Of a stretch of 17,892 bases of DNA, positions 1 through 10,917 are shown one piece after another. Below the pieces are notes generated by a model. The model saw only the letters and a list, made by a program, of their open reading frames with translations. It made no database searches and was not told where the DNA came from. Positions within the stretch are counted from its first letter, which is position 1. Each line of letters begins with the position of its first letter. The position numbers were made by a program, and so were the translations under genes. The stretch comes from Ginkgo biloba. Its lineage: Eukaryota; Plantae; Ginkgophyta. The DNA lies in the NCBI GenBank assembly GCA_024626585.2, contig JANKJI020000002.1, positions 151,526,810-151,544,701 on the forward strand, in the 5' to 3' direction.

Positions 1-1294
1 AATGTGGATAGTGCTCATCTGGACTAACTTACCCATACAATAATTTATTAAGTTGCATTATTCATGCAAATTAAAAAGAAAAAATTTAAAATACATATAT
101 TGATATTCCATGTGTGCAAAAAGTATTTAATGCATATGTAGTTGGACATATCATACCTACCTAATTATGCCACAATAGGTCCTATTATGCCCTAAGCAAA
201 GTAAGAAAACTAGCAATCAAATTGGGTCTAGAAAAACCAACGTGCCTCATTCAACAACCAAACCTTATTCCCTAATAAGTAATAAATAGTAGAAATAGAT
301 TTGGATTTTATGGTATTGGTATCAACGAGGGTATTTACTTGGAGAAGGGGATGAAAATATAGGATGAATCCATGAGGATGTTTAATTTTTTTCAACTACA
401 CTTATGTCCACCTCATTCTCTAGTAAAAGTGTTTTATACAACTTGAGATTATCCATGTTGATCACAAGGTGGATTCCCAAGTGAGTCATTAAATCTAAAT
501 CAAAAGTAGCAGATTCCACCTCAAGAAGGATGGTATAGGGACCATAAAAAATGAAATATTATGGTAAGGATATGGTGGAAATATATGCTTATCATAAAAC
601 TACTTTTGTTTGGCATGTGTTTAATTCGTTATTTGTTGAATCTATATATGAAACTACTATAGATTATTAATAAAGGCCTTAGCCTTATCTTGTTCCCTTG
701 ACTCATTCTATGTGGATGCATGGGGTAAGGCCAAAATAATATCATATGGTATTAAAGGATAAATACCAAGGAAAACATCAAATGGAGAGTGACTTGTATA
801 AGAATAAATTATATGATTATACCCATGTTATAAAAATCATAAAGAGAGGTCGCAAGTAATAGGTTATTCCTAGTGATAAATACATAGGGCATGGACCAAA
901 TTCCTATTTATATCCTTTGTCGACCAATTTATCTCTGGTTATAATACTATGGATAATCGTGAGGAAATTCCTAACATCCACATCTACCATAGTGACCTCT
1001 TAAAATGGCTAAGAAACTTGGAATCTATATCATTAATGATACTACTACGCAAACTAAAATGAGTTAAAATGTGCTCAAAGAAGATCTCTATAGTAGTGTA
1101 TACATTAATATATTTAGTGTAAGAATAAAATATTATATTTTGTTAAACCTATAAATAATCACCAAGATAACATCATGATGGTACTAAGTCATAANNNNNN
1201 NNNNNNNNNNNNNNNNNNNNNNNNNNNNNNNNNNNNNNNNNNNNNNNNNNNNNNNNNNNNNNNNNNNNNNNNNNNNNNNNNNNNNNNNNNNNNN

Positions 1295-1940
1295 AACAAA
1301 ACTTTAGATGCAATAAAGTGGAGCGTTATTGGAGGAACATAAACATGGATATCGAAGAGTTTATTCGCACCTATGCAAAATGTCAAACAAACAAAGTAAA
1401 TAAAGAGCATCCTAGAGGTATGCTTGTTCCTCTCCTAATTCTAGAAGGCAAATGGCAAAGCATTTCTATGGACTTTATCGCCCATTTTCCATTTATATCA
1501 ACATGATCAAGTTCTAGTAATAGTGGAACGTTTTACTAAAATAGCTTGGTTAATACCTCGTAAAATGACAAGCAAAGGTGTTGAAATTGCCAAATTGTTG
1601 ATTGCTAACAAATTTTCAAAATATGGTTTGCTTGACATAATTGTGAGTGACAGGGATCCCAAATTCATATGTTTGCTCGGGAAGGTCTTTCAGGAGCTTA
1701 ACACTATAGTAGACTTCAGCAATAGAGATCACCTATAAACAAATAGGTAAACTAAGAGGATGAACCAAATCATGGAGGACTTATCACAAGTACATGTTGT
1801 CGATAGGCAATCCAATTGGAAAGATAGAATGTCGTTGGTGAAATTCTCCTACAATAATAGCATTCACACATCCATCTGCATGTCATCTTTCTAAGCAATT
1901 TATGGTTGTGATCCAATCACACCTATTCAATTAGGCAAAC
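1295..1940 (+). pseudogene. Ty3/Gypsy (chromovirus-type) integrase remnant: end of H2C2 zinc-binding domain plus rve core, with frameshift and stops
   Basis: Translations RYWRNINMDIEEFIRTYAKCQTNK...GKWQSISMDFIAHFP; ERFTKIAWLIP...IIVSDRDPKF; then HL*TNR*TKRMNQIMEDL...NWKDRMSLVKFSYNNSIHTSICMSSF*AIYG. These match the Gypsy integrase motifs W..ISMDFI, IVSDRDP.F, HPQTDGQTER.NQ and EF.YNNS.H.S..MSPF.ALYG. Confidence 0.93.
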
Positions 1941-3827
1941 TACAAAAGAAACTTTGAACAAGTGCAAGGAAAAATATGAGAACTCAAGCAAGGGAAAAAA
2001 CTATATGATGATGAAAAATCTAGTTTGACTAAGTTGAGGATATACTGAGTTAAGGATTTTACTGATTTGAGGATATAATTTCAACCTTAAGAGGGTATAC
2101 TCTCACACCTTGACTATTAATAATGAAGACCAAATAGACAATATTAGTCTAGCCAAAATGATATTTTACTAAGTGGACATGTAAATGATGATCTCAAAAA
2201 TATTCCAATACTAAACATACATGTTGAAGGTCCTCCTACCCCGAATGATTGAAAATGAGAGTGTCATATAAATACACTACCACATATTGATTGGTTATAT
2301 TGATATTTCATGAATTATCAACTTGGTAGTTAGTAAACTTAAAGAAACAATAGGAGTAAAAATTCCAACCCAATTACTTCAATTGCACAAAGAGAGTGTA
2401 TCTCAAAAAGTTCACCTATAATTAAAATTTAGAGAACTATCGAAAGTGATGAAAGGAAATAACACTAACAATTGGATGAAACAAAACACAAATAGAAACT
2501 ACAAAGAAAATTATATTAAGATCATCTAAGAACTATGTGTTAGTGTGGGGTAACATCTACCTAGCTCTATCACAATTCAGAGATCCTAAAGAAATTTTTG
2601 CATCATTTCAATATGAGAAATATATTATATTTCTTCATTATTAAAAAGAAATGATTTATACATGAGGGAGAGGAAGAAATTACATAACAATAAGCTATTC
2701 CTCTCCTAGATGACTCAAAGTCACTTATAAATAATTTTAATAAATACTGAATGTCAATTTTCTTACTTTTAAATTATAGATTCTTATTTAAATAGACAAA
2801 ATCACCACACAATTCAATGGAAAAAATAAGAAATTATGATTGGGCCATCACTTGAAAATAAAATACATAATAAAAACCACTTCATATGTACACTTAATAA
2901 AGGGTCCACTTATAAATAAACCACTAGTGAACAAAAGGTATATGATATGACATGGTGTACATAAGAATGTACACCATTCTAATTTCCAAATGTGACTACA
3001 AGAAGAATAGTAATAATAATANNNNNNNNNNNNNNNNNNNNNNNNNNNNNNAAGTGAAAAATTTCCTACAACTTGTTTATAGATAGACACAAAACCACCT
3101 AAAACCAAACTGCTTCCATTTCTTCCTATCACTTGCACTTGAGGATGTAGGTGAGATACTTCACTTCTCTCACCTTATCTACATCACTACTCTTGAATCT
3201 CACCTATAAATTCTATCAAATGATTGCAAGTAGAAAATAATTTTCTTTTTCCATACTTCACTTCTCTTACCTTCTCTATGCCATAATTCTATTATTAGTA
3301 CCAAACTAGGTAATCACTAATTTTCTTCAAAAATATTCATAAATCTAGGTAAAATGCATTCCATTTTCCTAAATATACATTAATATCATGTCTAATTAAT
3401 ATAATTAATGAGGACATTTCTTCCTTCATCATTAACCCCCTCATTGAATTCATAATTCCTCTTATGAACCATCTTCAAGGACCTTTAATTCCTCAAAAGG
3501 AACTTCTAAAAAATTTTCACCCATAACATTTGCATGGGTAGATGAACCTACTGGTTGTGGAACTATCTGTTCTAATACTCCTTGATAAATATATTCCACT
3601 ACCTCCTTAATTGGCTTAGTAGATTCTTCCTATGTTCCTTTTATAGGCTTCTTTCTAAGACTAACACTCATTCATCGAGCCTACATCTATTATCTAATGA
3701 AATTCCTTTCACAACATTTATCTACATCCAATTTATCCAAATCTTCATAATGTACCCCAAACATAAAAAAAAAGTCCCTCAAATCATAAGCAACATAAGC
3801 TAGGAGCCCTAAAAATTGATACCCTTT

Positions 3828-3838
3828 AGGGGGGCTAC
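3828..3838 (+). promoter_or_regulatory. Possible Tat/Ogre-type PPT (AGGGGGGCTAC) with a putative LTR starting ~3839
   Basis: GGGGGGCTAC resembles the PPT-LTR junction of Tat-clade Gypsy elements. The following bases TATG are not a clean TG start and no second LTR copy is visible. Confidence 0.3.
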
Positions 3839-4314
3839 TATGCTATCGATAAAATTCCATAAGACTCTAAGCACCAGCTTCCATCCCAATGGGAAAGGGA
3901 ATAAATAAATAATCGGGAAGATAACAATTCCTTATCTAAGAAATCCCAACAACTTAGATACATTTAATCTAGTCATTACATTGAGATAGGGATAATTGAT
4001 ATGTTTGAAAATTATACATCTCCTATCCTTGCAATGCTTGGGACTCTATCAATTCTCCAATCCTCACTTGAACACCTATAAGAGCACTACTCTCTAATTG
4101 GGCCTTTTGTTCACCCCACGTCCTAATGACCAAATTCATCTTATTTTTATAATCCCCCCATGCCTCATGGATCTCTCAAGTGGTTTTCATACCAATCAAT
4201 TGCTCTTTCACCATNNNNNNNNNNNNNNNNNNNNNNNNNNNNNNNNNNNNNNNNNNNNNNNNNNNNNNNNNNNNNNNNNNNNNNNNNNNNNNNNNNNNNN
4301 NNNNNNNNNNNNNN

Positions 4315-5170
4315 AGGAGGTCAGACAAACTATCATCTAAGCATAAAAGATTAATGAGGTATTATAACTATGGTGAGGAGGGCCATACATAATTTGATTA
4401 TTCGAAGAAGAGAAATAATAAATTGCAGATCAAAGAAGTGAATTTAGACTGACATGTAGATGAGTCAGAGCCTATGGTGGCCAAAAGGTTAACAAGTTTA
4501 TTGGAAATAAAGGTGTTATTATCGTCAGATGAGAAACTAACCACTGATTTTTGACAGGAGGAGCACTGACAAACAAAGGGAAAAGACAAGATGATTGACG
4601 AGGAAGATGACTGGAATCCAACGACCAATGTAGGATAAGATAATAGTCATAGTAAGGACCAAAAAACTGACATGGGCTAGAGAAAGAGACTTTCTAAGAT
4701 GAAGTGTAAGTTGGGGAAAACATCTTGTGATGTGATTATTAATGGTGGGAGCTGTGATAACATGGTATTAAAAGACTTGGTTAGGAAACTAGGTTTGTAC
4801 CAACATCACCATGAAGTCCCTTACCAAATTTCTTGGTTTAAGAAGGGTAGTGATGTCACCATCATAGAAAAATATCTAGTGACCATCCATTTGGGAGATT
4901 ACAAAGATGAAGTGTGGTGTGATATTTTGCGGGCCATGGATACTTGTCATATTTTATTAGATAGACCTTGGCAGTATGACTAAAATGCCTTACATAATGG
5001 ATACCATAATACTTGCCACATTGACAAGGATGGTAGATATTACACATTGTTGATAATAGTTGAGGAACAAGAAAAATAACCTACAAGGAGTGTGTGCTTG
5101 ATAAGTGCACGGTATGCCTTGATGGAAATAAGTAAAGGGGAAAATATTCATAAGAAGCCCAAGAGAAAGC
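4315..5170 (+). pseudogene. CRM-lineage Gypsy gag C-terminus (degenerate CCHC zinc knuckle) and aspartic protease
   Basis: 4360-4401 reads YYNYGEEGHT*FDY, with exact C-x2-C-x4-H-x4-C spacing and TAT at all three Cys positions. 4699-5050 reads CDVIINGGSCDNMV..LVRKLGL..HEVPYQISWFKKG...YKDEVWCDIL.MDTCHILLDRPWQYD*NALHNG..N...KDG, the CRM-type protease signature (IIDGGSC.N, PY.L.W, DEV.CD, HILLGRPWQ.D). Confidence 0.93.
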
Positions 5171-5321
5171 CCATTGTAGTGAAAAAATAATGGAGAGTAA
5201 AATCTTGGACAAAGAGTTTGCCTATGCATACTAGGCCTACAAGAGAAGAGTGGCTAGATGGAAGAGGCTATGAAGAAGAAAAAGAGAAGTGGCCCATGAG
5301 CAAGAGATAATATAAATTTGC

Positions 5322-5333
5322 AAGAAGGGGAGA
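5322..5333 (+). promoter_or_regulatory. Polypurine tract (PPT) preceding a 3' LTR
   Basis: AAGAAGGGGAGA followed after 1 nt by TGATGCAAGAGTATCT, the TGATG LTR start typical of CRM elements. Confidence 0.8.
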
Positions 5334-5334
5334 T

Positions 5335-5881
5335 TGATGCAAGAGTATCTAGGTGGTACATTAACATTGTGCCCAATTTTGGCCTAAGGATTGTAGAGTA
5401 TAATCTACTTAACAAAATTATGCATGTTTTAAAAAAAATATATATGTATAGGGAAGATCGATAACATTTTGGCCAAGTAGATGCGTTGGTGAAAGTTTTG
5501 AGTAAACTGACATCGTTGGTGAAGATGTGTCATTGGTGGATTACATCTATCAGTGGTCGACATCGACAAGGCATAAGCAAACTAACATTACTAGTGAGGC
5601 TTCTTATGAACCAACATGGTCAATGGGATGATAGTGAATACTAACATGCATTGATGGAGTGATAAGGAGGATACTTACATGCATTATAGATGGATGGCAT
5701 CTATCTGAAAGGATAGAAAAAATATGATACCATCAGATAAGTGATGACAAACATCAACATGACGCGATGGCTTTAATATGGATTTAACACATAGAGCCTT
5801 ATCAGATGAGTTACATCAAAGGCCAACATCAGAAAAATGTGACTTAAAATGATTTAAAGTATAAATTGACTTATTTATCCA
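5335..5881 (+). mobile_element. CRM-type 3' LTR, 5' part only (truncated by gap)
   Basis: Starts TGATGCAAGAGTATCT...TTGTGCCCAATTTTGGCC, homologous by eye to the LTR starts at 6205 (+) and 10917 (-). The right boundary is set by the N-gap. Confidence 0.72.
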
Positions 5882-5981
5882 NNNNNNNNNNNNNNNNNNN
5901 NNNNNNNNNNNNNNNNNNNNNNNNNNNNNNNNNNNNNNNNNNNNNNNNNNNNNNNNNNNNNNNNNNNNNNNNNNNNNNNNN

Positions 5982-6231
5982 GTGCCAAGAAAGAAGAAAG
6001 AGAAAATTAAAGAAATGCTAGACAGGAAGGTCATAGAGACCAAAAGGGGAAATTACAACATATATTTGGTAAAATGGGAATGATTACCCCAAGAAGATAA
6101 CATGTGGATAACTGAGGAAGAACTCAAAATTTTAGATAAAGAGAAGTGAATAATATCAAATATGAGCACTTGTAGGAGGACCTACATTTTTTTATAAGGG
6201 AGGATTATGCAGGAGTATCTCAGTAGCATGC
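5982..6231 (+). pseudogene. Integrase C-terminal chromodomain of a CRM-type chromovirus; the frame runs through the PPT into the 3' LTR
   Basis: The frame from 5982 reads VPRKKKEKIKEMLDRKVIETKRGNYNIYLVKWE*LPQEDNMWITEEELKILDKEK*...YIFFIREDYAGVSQ*. YLVKW...P.ED..W.T.E is a chromodomain pattern. It is missed by the ORF track because of internal stops. Confidence 0.88.
6196..6204 (+). promoter_or_regulatory. Polypurine tract (degenerate)
   Basis: AAGGGAGGA lies directly downstream of the chromodomain and immediately before TTATGCAGGAGTATCT (eroded TGATG LTR start). Confidence 0.7.
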
Positions 6232-6764
6232 TGACAAAGTGCAAAATTTTGAGGGTGTATGTGAAGTTGATGTAGTTATAGTATTTTGAGAAGATTGGAA
6301 AGCATTTTAGAAGGGATCATCAAGAAGAAAAATACTAAAAGATAATTGACACTATTAGAGAAGAGAAGACTAACACTGATATGGAGCTTGACATGAGAAA
6401 CTAAGATAGCTATAGATAAATATCACCAACATGAAGTTATGATTTGATAAAAGGGAATATTATAGTAATCCTGGGTGACTTAATGGAATAATGCACCTAC
6501 CCATATTTAATGAGCATAAAGGATGAAGGAAATTTCCCACAGAAGATAGTATGATCATTATTGGAATGAGAGTGAATTCACTACCCCAACTACTAGACCA
6601 TGAAGAATCATGATGGAAGGAAATGATAGGATAGAGGTAGTCATTATAGAGCATTAATGTTAGGAGATATTGAAGGGTAATTAATTATCACCAACTAATA
6701 TGTTGAAAGGAAAATAGGTCTACANNNNNNNNNNNNNNNNNNNNGAAGCATAGAAGTTAGATCA

Positions 6765-6813
<49 letters not shown>

Positions 6814-7452
6814 TCTATTAATTCAATTATGGGAGAACAAAGAAGGAGATAAGGGCTTAATCTTCACTAAGAAATTGGTGAGCTAATAAAAGAAAGAAGG
6901 AGATCTCAAAGAAAGCAAGGAAGGGATAAAGGAGGAGAAGAGTTATTAACGAAGCTAAGNNNNNNNNNNNNNNNNNNNNGAGGAAGATCATAGTATATTA
7001 AAGGAGTTGTTTTATCTATATGAGGTAGTTCTAAGTGTTCAAATCCTCAGAGAGAAATCCAATAGAAAGGTCACCTGATAGATCACTAAACTAGAGGCAG
7101 TAAAAGAAGGCATTGAGGATTCTACTAGTATTTACAAGTTGAGTAGAGAATGAGTATATCCATCGATGGATGCAACTCTAGGTCCATGGACATTTTCCCA
7201 ATTATTCAAATTATTGAAACCCATTATATTTCCCTCTAGTAGTGAGGAAGAGTTAAGGGGCCTATGTGTAATGACCAAAGATTGTTGAGTAATGATATCC
7301 TTGATTTTTATTCCTCATGAGGGTTTATCTAGTTGAAAATTTATTATCTCTGTTATATTTCCACATGTGAATGTTGTTAGGTGTCTATGTTATTTCCTTT
7401 TCCACCTTATAGTGAGTAATATTATTTTTTTGTAGTCACTCAAATAACATCA
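6205..7452 (+). mobile_element. CRM-type 3' LTR (~1.25 kb, contains two small gaps)
   Basis: Begins T(T)ATGCAGGAGTATCT after the PPT and ends AACATCA at 7452 (TGATG...CATCA termini). The U5-like motif TTTTTATTCCTCATGAGGGTTTATCTAGTTGAAAAT resembles the reverse complement of ~8420-8450 in the minus-strand LTR. Confidence 0.7.
6767..6810 (+). repeat. (GA)22 microsatellite inside the LTR
   Basis: Perfect GA dinucleotide run of 44 bp. Confidence 0.97.
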
Positions 7453-7675
7453 CCATGTGGTGATAAAATAGACATAGCACATATTTGTGCATCTAGCCCA
7501 TAGTTATCAATGGGGGTCTATTGATTGAGGTCCTAAAGGCATGAGGCATCAGTGTTGTTCAATTAGCCACCAACANNNNNNNNNNNNNNNNNNNNNNNNN
7601 NNNNNNNNNNNNNNNNNNNNNNNNNNNNNNNNNNNNNNNNNNNNNNNNNNNNNNNNNNNNNNNNNNNNNNNNNNN

Positions 7676-8104
7676 TTCTTTGCCTCTTTGGATTCTATCT
7701 TTTTATAGGTTCTCTCACTAAATGGAAACATGTTGCTTCAACCAGGTGCAAGAAAACTTTACTTTCCTGGGGTCCTTAAACTCCTCCTAGTTAAACTACT
7801 TCTCATTGCTTATCCAATCTAATAAATCCTTCAGCTTCAAGATCCCACTAAAGCTTGGCACTTCTAATTTCTCTCCTCCCTGACTTCCCTTCAATAGCTT
7901 AGACAACTCAACTTCTATGTTCTTCTCTAGTTGGACTGGATCTTCATTCTCTGGCTCACAACTAATATCATGATCTATAGGTGGTGTGGTTCTTTATTCT
8001 TAAAAGGAATTCCTTAGTGCTTCAATCTCATTCCCAATATTCTCAACCTATTACACTAGGGCTTCCATCATTTGAAGAATTATTCTATCTCTTCCAAGTG
8101 GCAT
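7676..8104 (-). pseudogene. CRM-lineage Gypsy gag N-terminus (retrotransposon gag domain) with multiple in-frame stops
   Basis: A single frame from ATG 8104 reads MPLGRDR...KLEVPSFSGILKLKDLLDWISNEK*FN*EEFKDPRKVKFSCTWLKQHVSI**ENL*KDRIQRGKE, matching CRM gag (P.F.G....L.DW....E..F......KVK....L..HA..WW..L...R...GK). It starts 46 bp downstream of a PBS. Confidence 0.9.
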
Positions 8105-8149
8105 TCTAACTTCTATTTTATAGCATTGGATATATAACTTCAAAATTAA

Positions 8150-8161
8150 GCTTTGATACCA
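8150..8161 (-). promoter_or_regulatory. Primer-binding site for initiator tRNA-Met
   Basis: The minus strand reads CATCA-AC-TGGTATCAAAGC, i.e. LTR end, 2 nt, then a 1-mismatch version of the canonical TGGTATCAGAGC. Confidence 0.92.
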
Positions 8162-8163
8162 GT

Positions 8164-9635
8164 TGATGTAGGTTGATTATGAGGTAATGGTATCTACTAC
8201 TATAAACTCTTACTAGAGTCCTACTTCACTATCACTAACCCCCATCCACCTTCCACGATCTCTCAAATTGATAAGCCAACAATGTTGGATTAATCTCACA
8301 ACAACAAGATCAACCATAGGAAAATAAGTAAAGGTGCTCAATAATAAATTAAAAAATTCATAGAGAGATACAAATGAACATTAATAACACAAGCACACAC
8401 AAGGGATTCCATGCACAACATTTTTAACTAGAGAAATGGGGAATAAAAAACCACATGAATTAAGAGAATCAAAGCATTATATCAATATTTATAATCACCT
8501 CTGTGATATTTTCCCTACTAATGGAGGTAAATACAATATCAAGGGAGAAATCAAGAGGAAATTATAAGAATGGGCCTCTATTATGGATATCTTCTTGATA
8601 AATCCCCTAATTATCTCCCCTAATATGTAGCTCTTGTAAAGGCATCCTCCTCAGTAGGCCCTTCTTTTGAACAATCCATGCTTCAGATACCCTCAATAGT
8701 CAAACCACATAATTTCTTGACTAGCAAGACAATAAGTTACCCAATAGTCTAGATTTTATGTTATCCATAGACTAATGGACTTAACAACCAAATTCTCCAA
8801 GCATCAAAATATACACATTCGCAATGCTCTAGTCATCCTTCAAGGATAATACAATGAGTTCTCCTATAACAACCACCTCTATAACTTCTCCCACCATCAA
8901 GCTCTCTCCTAATTTCTTAGTCTCACTATCTATCTCTTTGGCCATCTAACCAAAAAGATCCAACCAAACCATCACACAATGAATGAATGAATGAATAGAC
9001 TAAACTTGAACTAAAACCACCTCTAATAAAACTCTTATCAACCAACATATCCAACCACCTCTTCATCTCCTCTGAGGCTCTTTATATTTATCTTTTATGG
9101 CCATTAATGGCTAGTGATTTAATGTTCATCTCCCCAATGGCTCTATGTTAGGTAACCATTTACTACTTCAATGGATATATTAGGTAGATAATTTAATCTC
9201 TAATGGCTCTATCAATCCTTAATGATCTAAAAAAATGACACTTTATTTCCCTTCCTAGTTTAGGTTCACGCTTCATAGTCACCTGGTAGGTGCAATATTG
9301 ATGGTCTCATATCCAAAAGTAATTTCTCATGAATGTTTCTTAATAAAATCTCTATAAATTCCTTCTTGATGCGTGTCTCCATNNNNNNNNNNNNNNNNNN
9401 NNNNNNNNNNNNNNNNNNNNNNNNNNNNNNNNGGTCTGCTGAGTCATAGTTTGAAAGGATATTGAGTGTATCCTGCTCTAGAACCCCTGATCTCCTAGTG
9501 GCCTAATGTTTATTTTTTTACCCTTTAACTCTTTATGTATTTTAAAATTGCATTTGATAAACCATCAATTTTGCTATGTCATACTTTAGGAGGAGTATCA
9601 GGTACAAATGGCCTTAGGTCCTTTTATCCTTATCA
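8164..9635 (-). mobile_element. 5' LTR of the minus-strand CRM-type element (~1.47 kb)
   Basis: The CATCA end (+ strand TGATG at 8164-8168) abuts the PBS. The other end is inferred at 9635 (minus TGATAAGGATAAAAGGACC), where homology with the 9744-10415 copy stops. Confidence 0.75.
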
Positions 9636-9743
9636 CATTATCCNNNNNNNNNNNNNNNNNNNNNNNNNNNNNNNNNNNNNNNNNNNNNNNNNNNNNNNNN
9701 NNNNNNNNNNNNNNNNNNNNNNNNNNNNNNNNNNNNNNNNNNN

Positions 9744-10415
9744 GAACCAACCAAACCACCACCAAAAAAATGAATGAACGAATGGACTAAACCCATACTA
9801 TGGCCACCTCCAATAAACCTCTTCTTAATGAACTTATCCAACCCCCTCTTCATCGCCTTTAGGGCACTTTATACTTTAGCTTTCATGGCCATCAATGGCT
9901 AGTGAGTCAACATTTATCTTATCCCCAATGGCTCTACATTAGGTAACCATTTACTACTTCAATGACTCTATTAGGTACATAATTTAAGCTCTAATGGATT
10001 TTCTAATCCTTAATGATCTAAAAAATGGCACTCTATGGCCCTTCCTAGTCTAGGTTCACACTCCACAATCGCCTGGTAGGTGCAATATTGATGGTGCCAC
10101 ATCTAATAGTAATTGTTCATGCACGTTGCTCAATAAAATCTCTATAACTTCCTTCCTAATGTATACCTCTAGAATTAAATGTGACTTTAAATATTCAGGT
10201 TTATTCCTTGTTGGATCTGCTAAGTTAGAGTTTAGAAGGATACTGAGTGCATCCCTCTATAGAACCCCTAATCTCTCGGTGGCTTGATGTATTTTTCCAC
10301 CCTTTAACTCTTCAAAAATTTTAAAATCATATTTGATAAACCATCAGGTCCACTATGTTAGACTTTGAAAGGAGTATCAAGTGCAACTAGCCTCAGGTCC
10401 TCCAATTCTTGATTA
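9744..10415 (-). mobile_element. Second, partial copy of the same LTR (direct repeat of ~8958-9635)
   Basis: Collinear over ~670 bp with shared blocks TCCCCAATGGCTCTA, TTAGGTAACCATTTACTACTTCAATG, CCTGGTAGGTGCAATATTGATGGT, AATAAAATCTCTATAA and ATTTGATAAACCATCA. Clearly diverged: about 14 differences in the best 110-bp stretch by hand count, more elsewhere. Confidence 0.9.
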
Positions 10416-10917
10416 CCCGACCCCCTAGTGGATCGAATACATATCATTTAATAATATTTTCAGTTTGTAAGTCCTAAATGATCAATTCTAGTTCTTTGAT
10501 GCCAACCCCTAAGCCTTGATTCTTTGATAACCCAATTTAAATACCATATATAATATTTTGGGTCCGTGGGTCTAAGTGAGGCATTGCCTTTCTTAGGGAT
10601 GATGAAAATTTCAATACTCCAAATGTTCAATGGCTTGATAACCAAATAAAACCATATTCTATAAAGTGTCATTTCCATAGAGGTTTTTTTATATGCCTCC
10701 CCTTTGTCAAAGTGTTTGACCCCCGATAACCTAACCATAAAACTAAGTCCAACCCTACCTGCATAGCCCTTAAATAAATTTAATTGATTCATAAAATAAA
10801 CTACACATACATATATTTATATGTGAATACCTACTATGAACTAGATGAAGTTATGCTTCATACCCATTGGCCAAAATTTTGCACAAATCAATATGCGGTC
10901 ATGATGCTCTTGCATTA
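10416..10917 (-). mobile_element. Partial CRM-type LTR (5' end) inserted into the non-chromovirus integrase
   Basis: The minus strand from 10917 reads TAATGCAAGAGCATC...TTGTGCAAAATTTTGGCCAATGG..AGCATAA, aligning with 5335 TGATGCAAGAGTATC...TTGTGCCCAATTTTGGCCTAAGG..AGTATAA. Extent beyond the first ~120 bp is inferred. Confidence 0.68.

Noticed and set aside
330-530. Weak inverted repeats (e.g. AGGTGGATTC / GATTCCACCT) suggesting a MITE
   Set aside because: Short and imperfect, with no defined TIR/TSD boundaries.
1295-7452. One intact plus-strand Gypsy element built from the integrase, gag/protease and chromodomain pieces
   Set aside because: The domain order is wrong (integrase core precedes gag), a PPT+LTR intervenes at 5322-5335, and the pieces are separated by gaps, so they are separate insertions.
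10460-10792. 110-aa minus-strand ORF
   Set aside because: No recognisable domain. It lies inside an inferred LTR fragment and does not continue the integrase.
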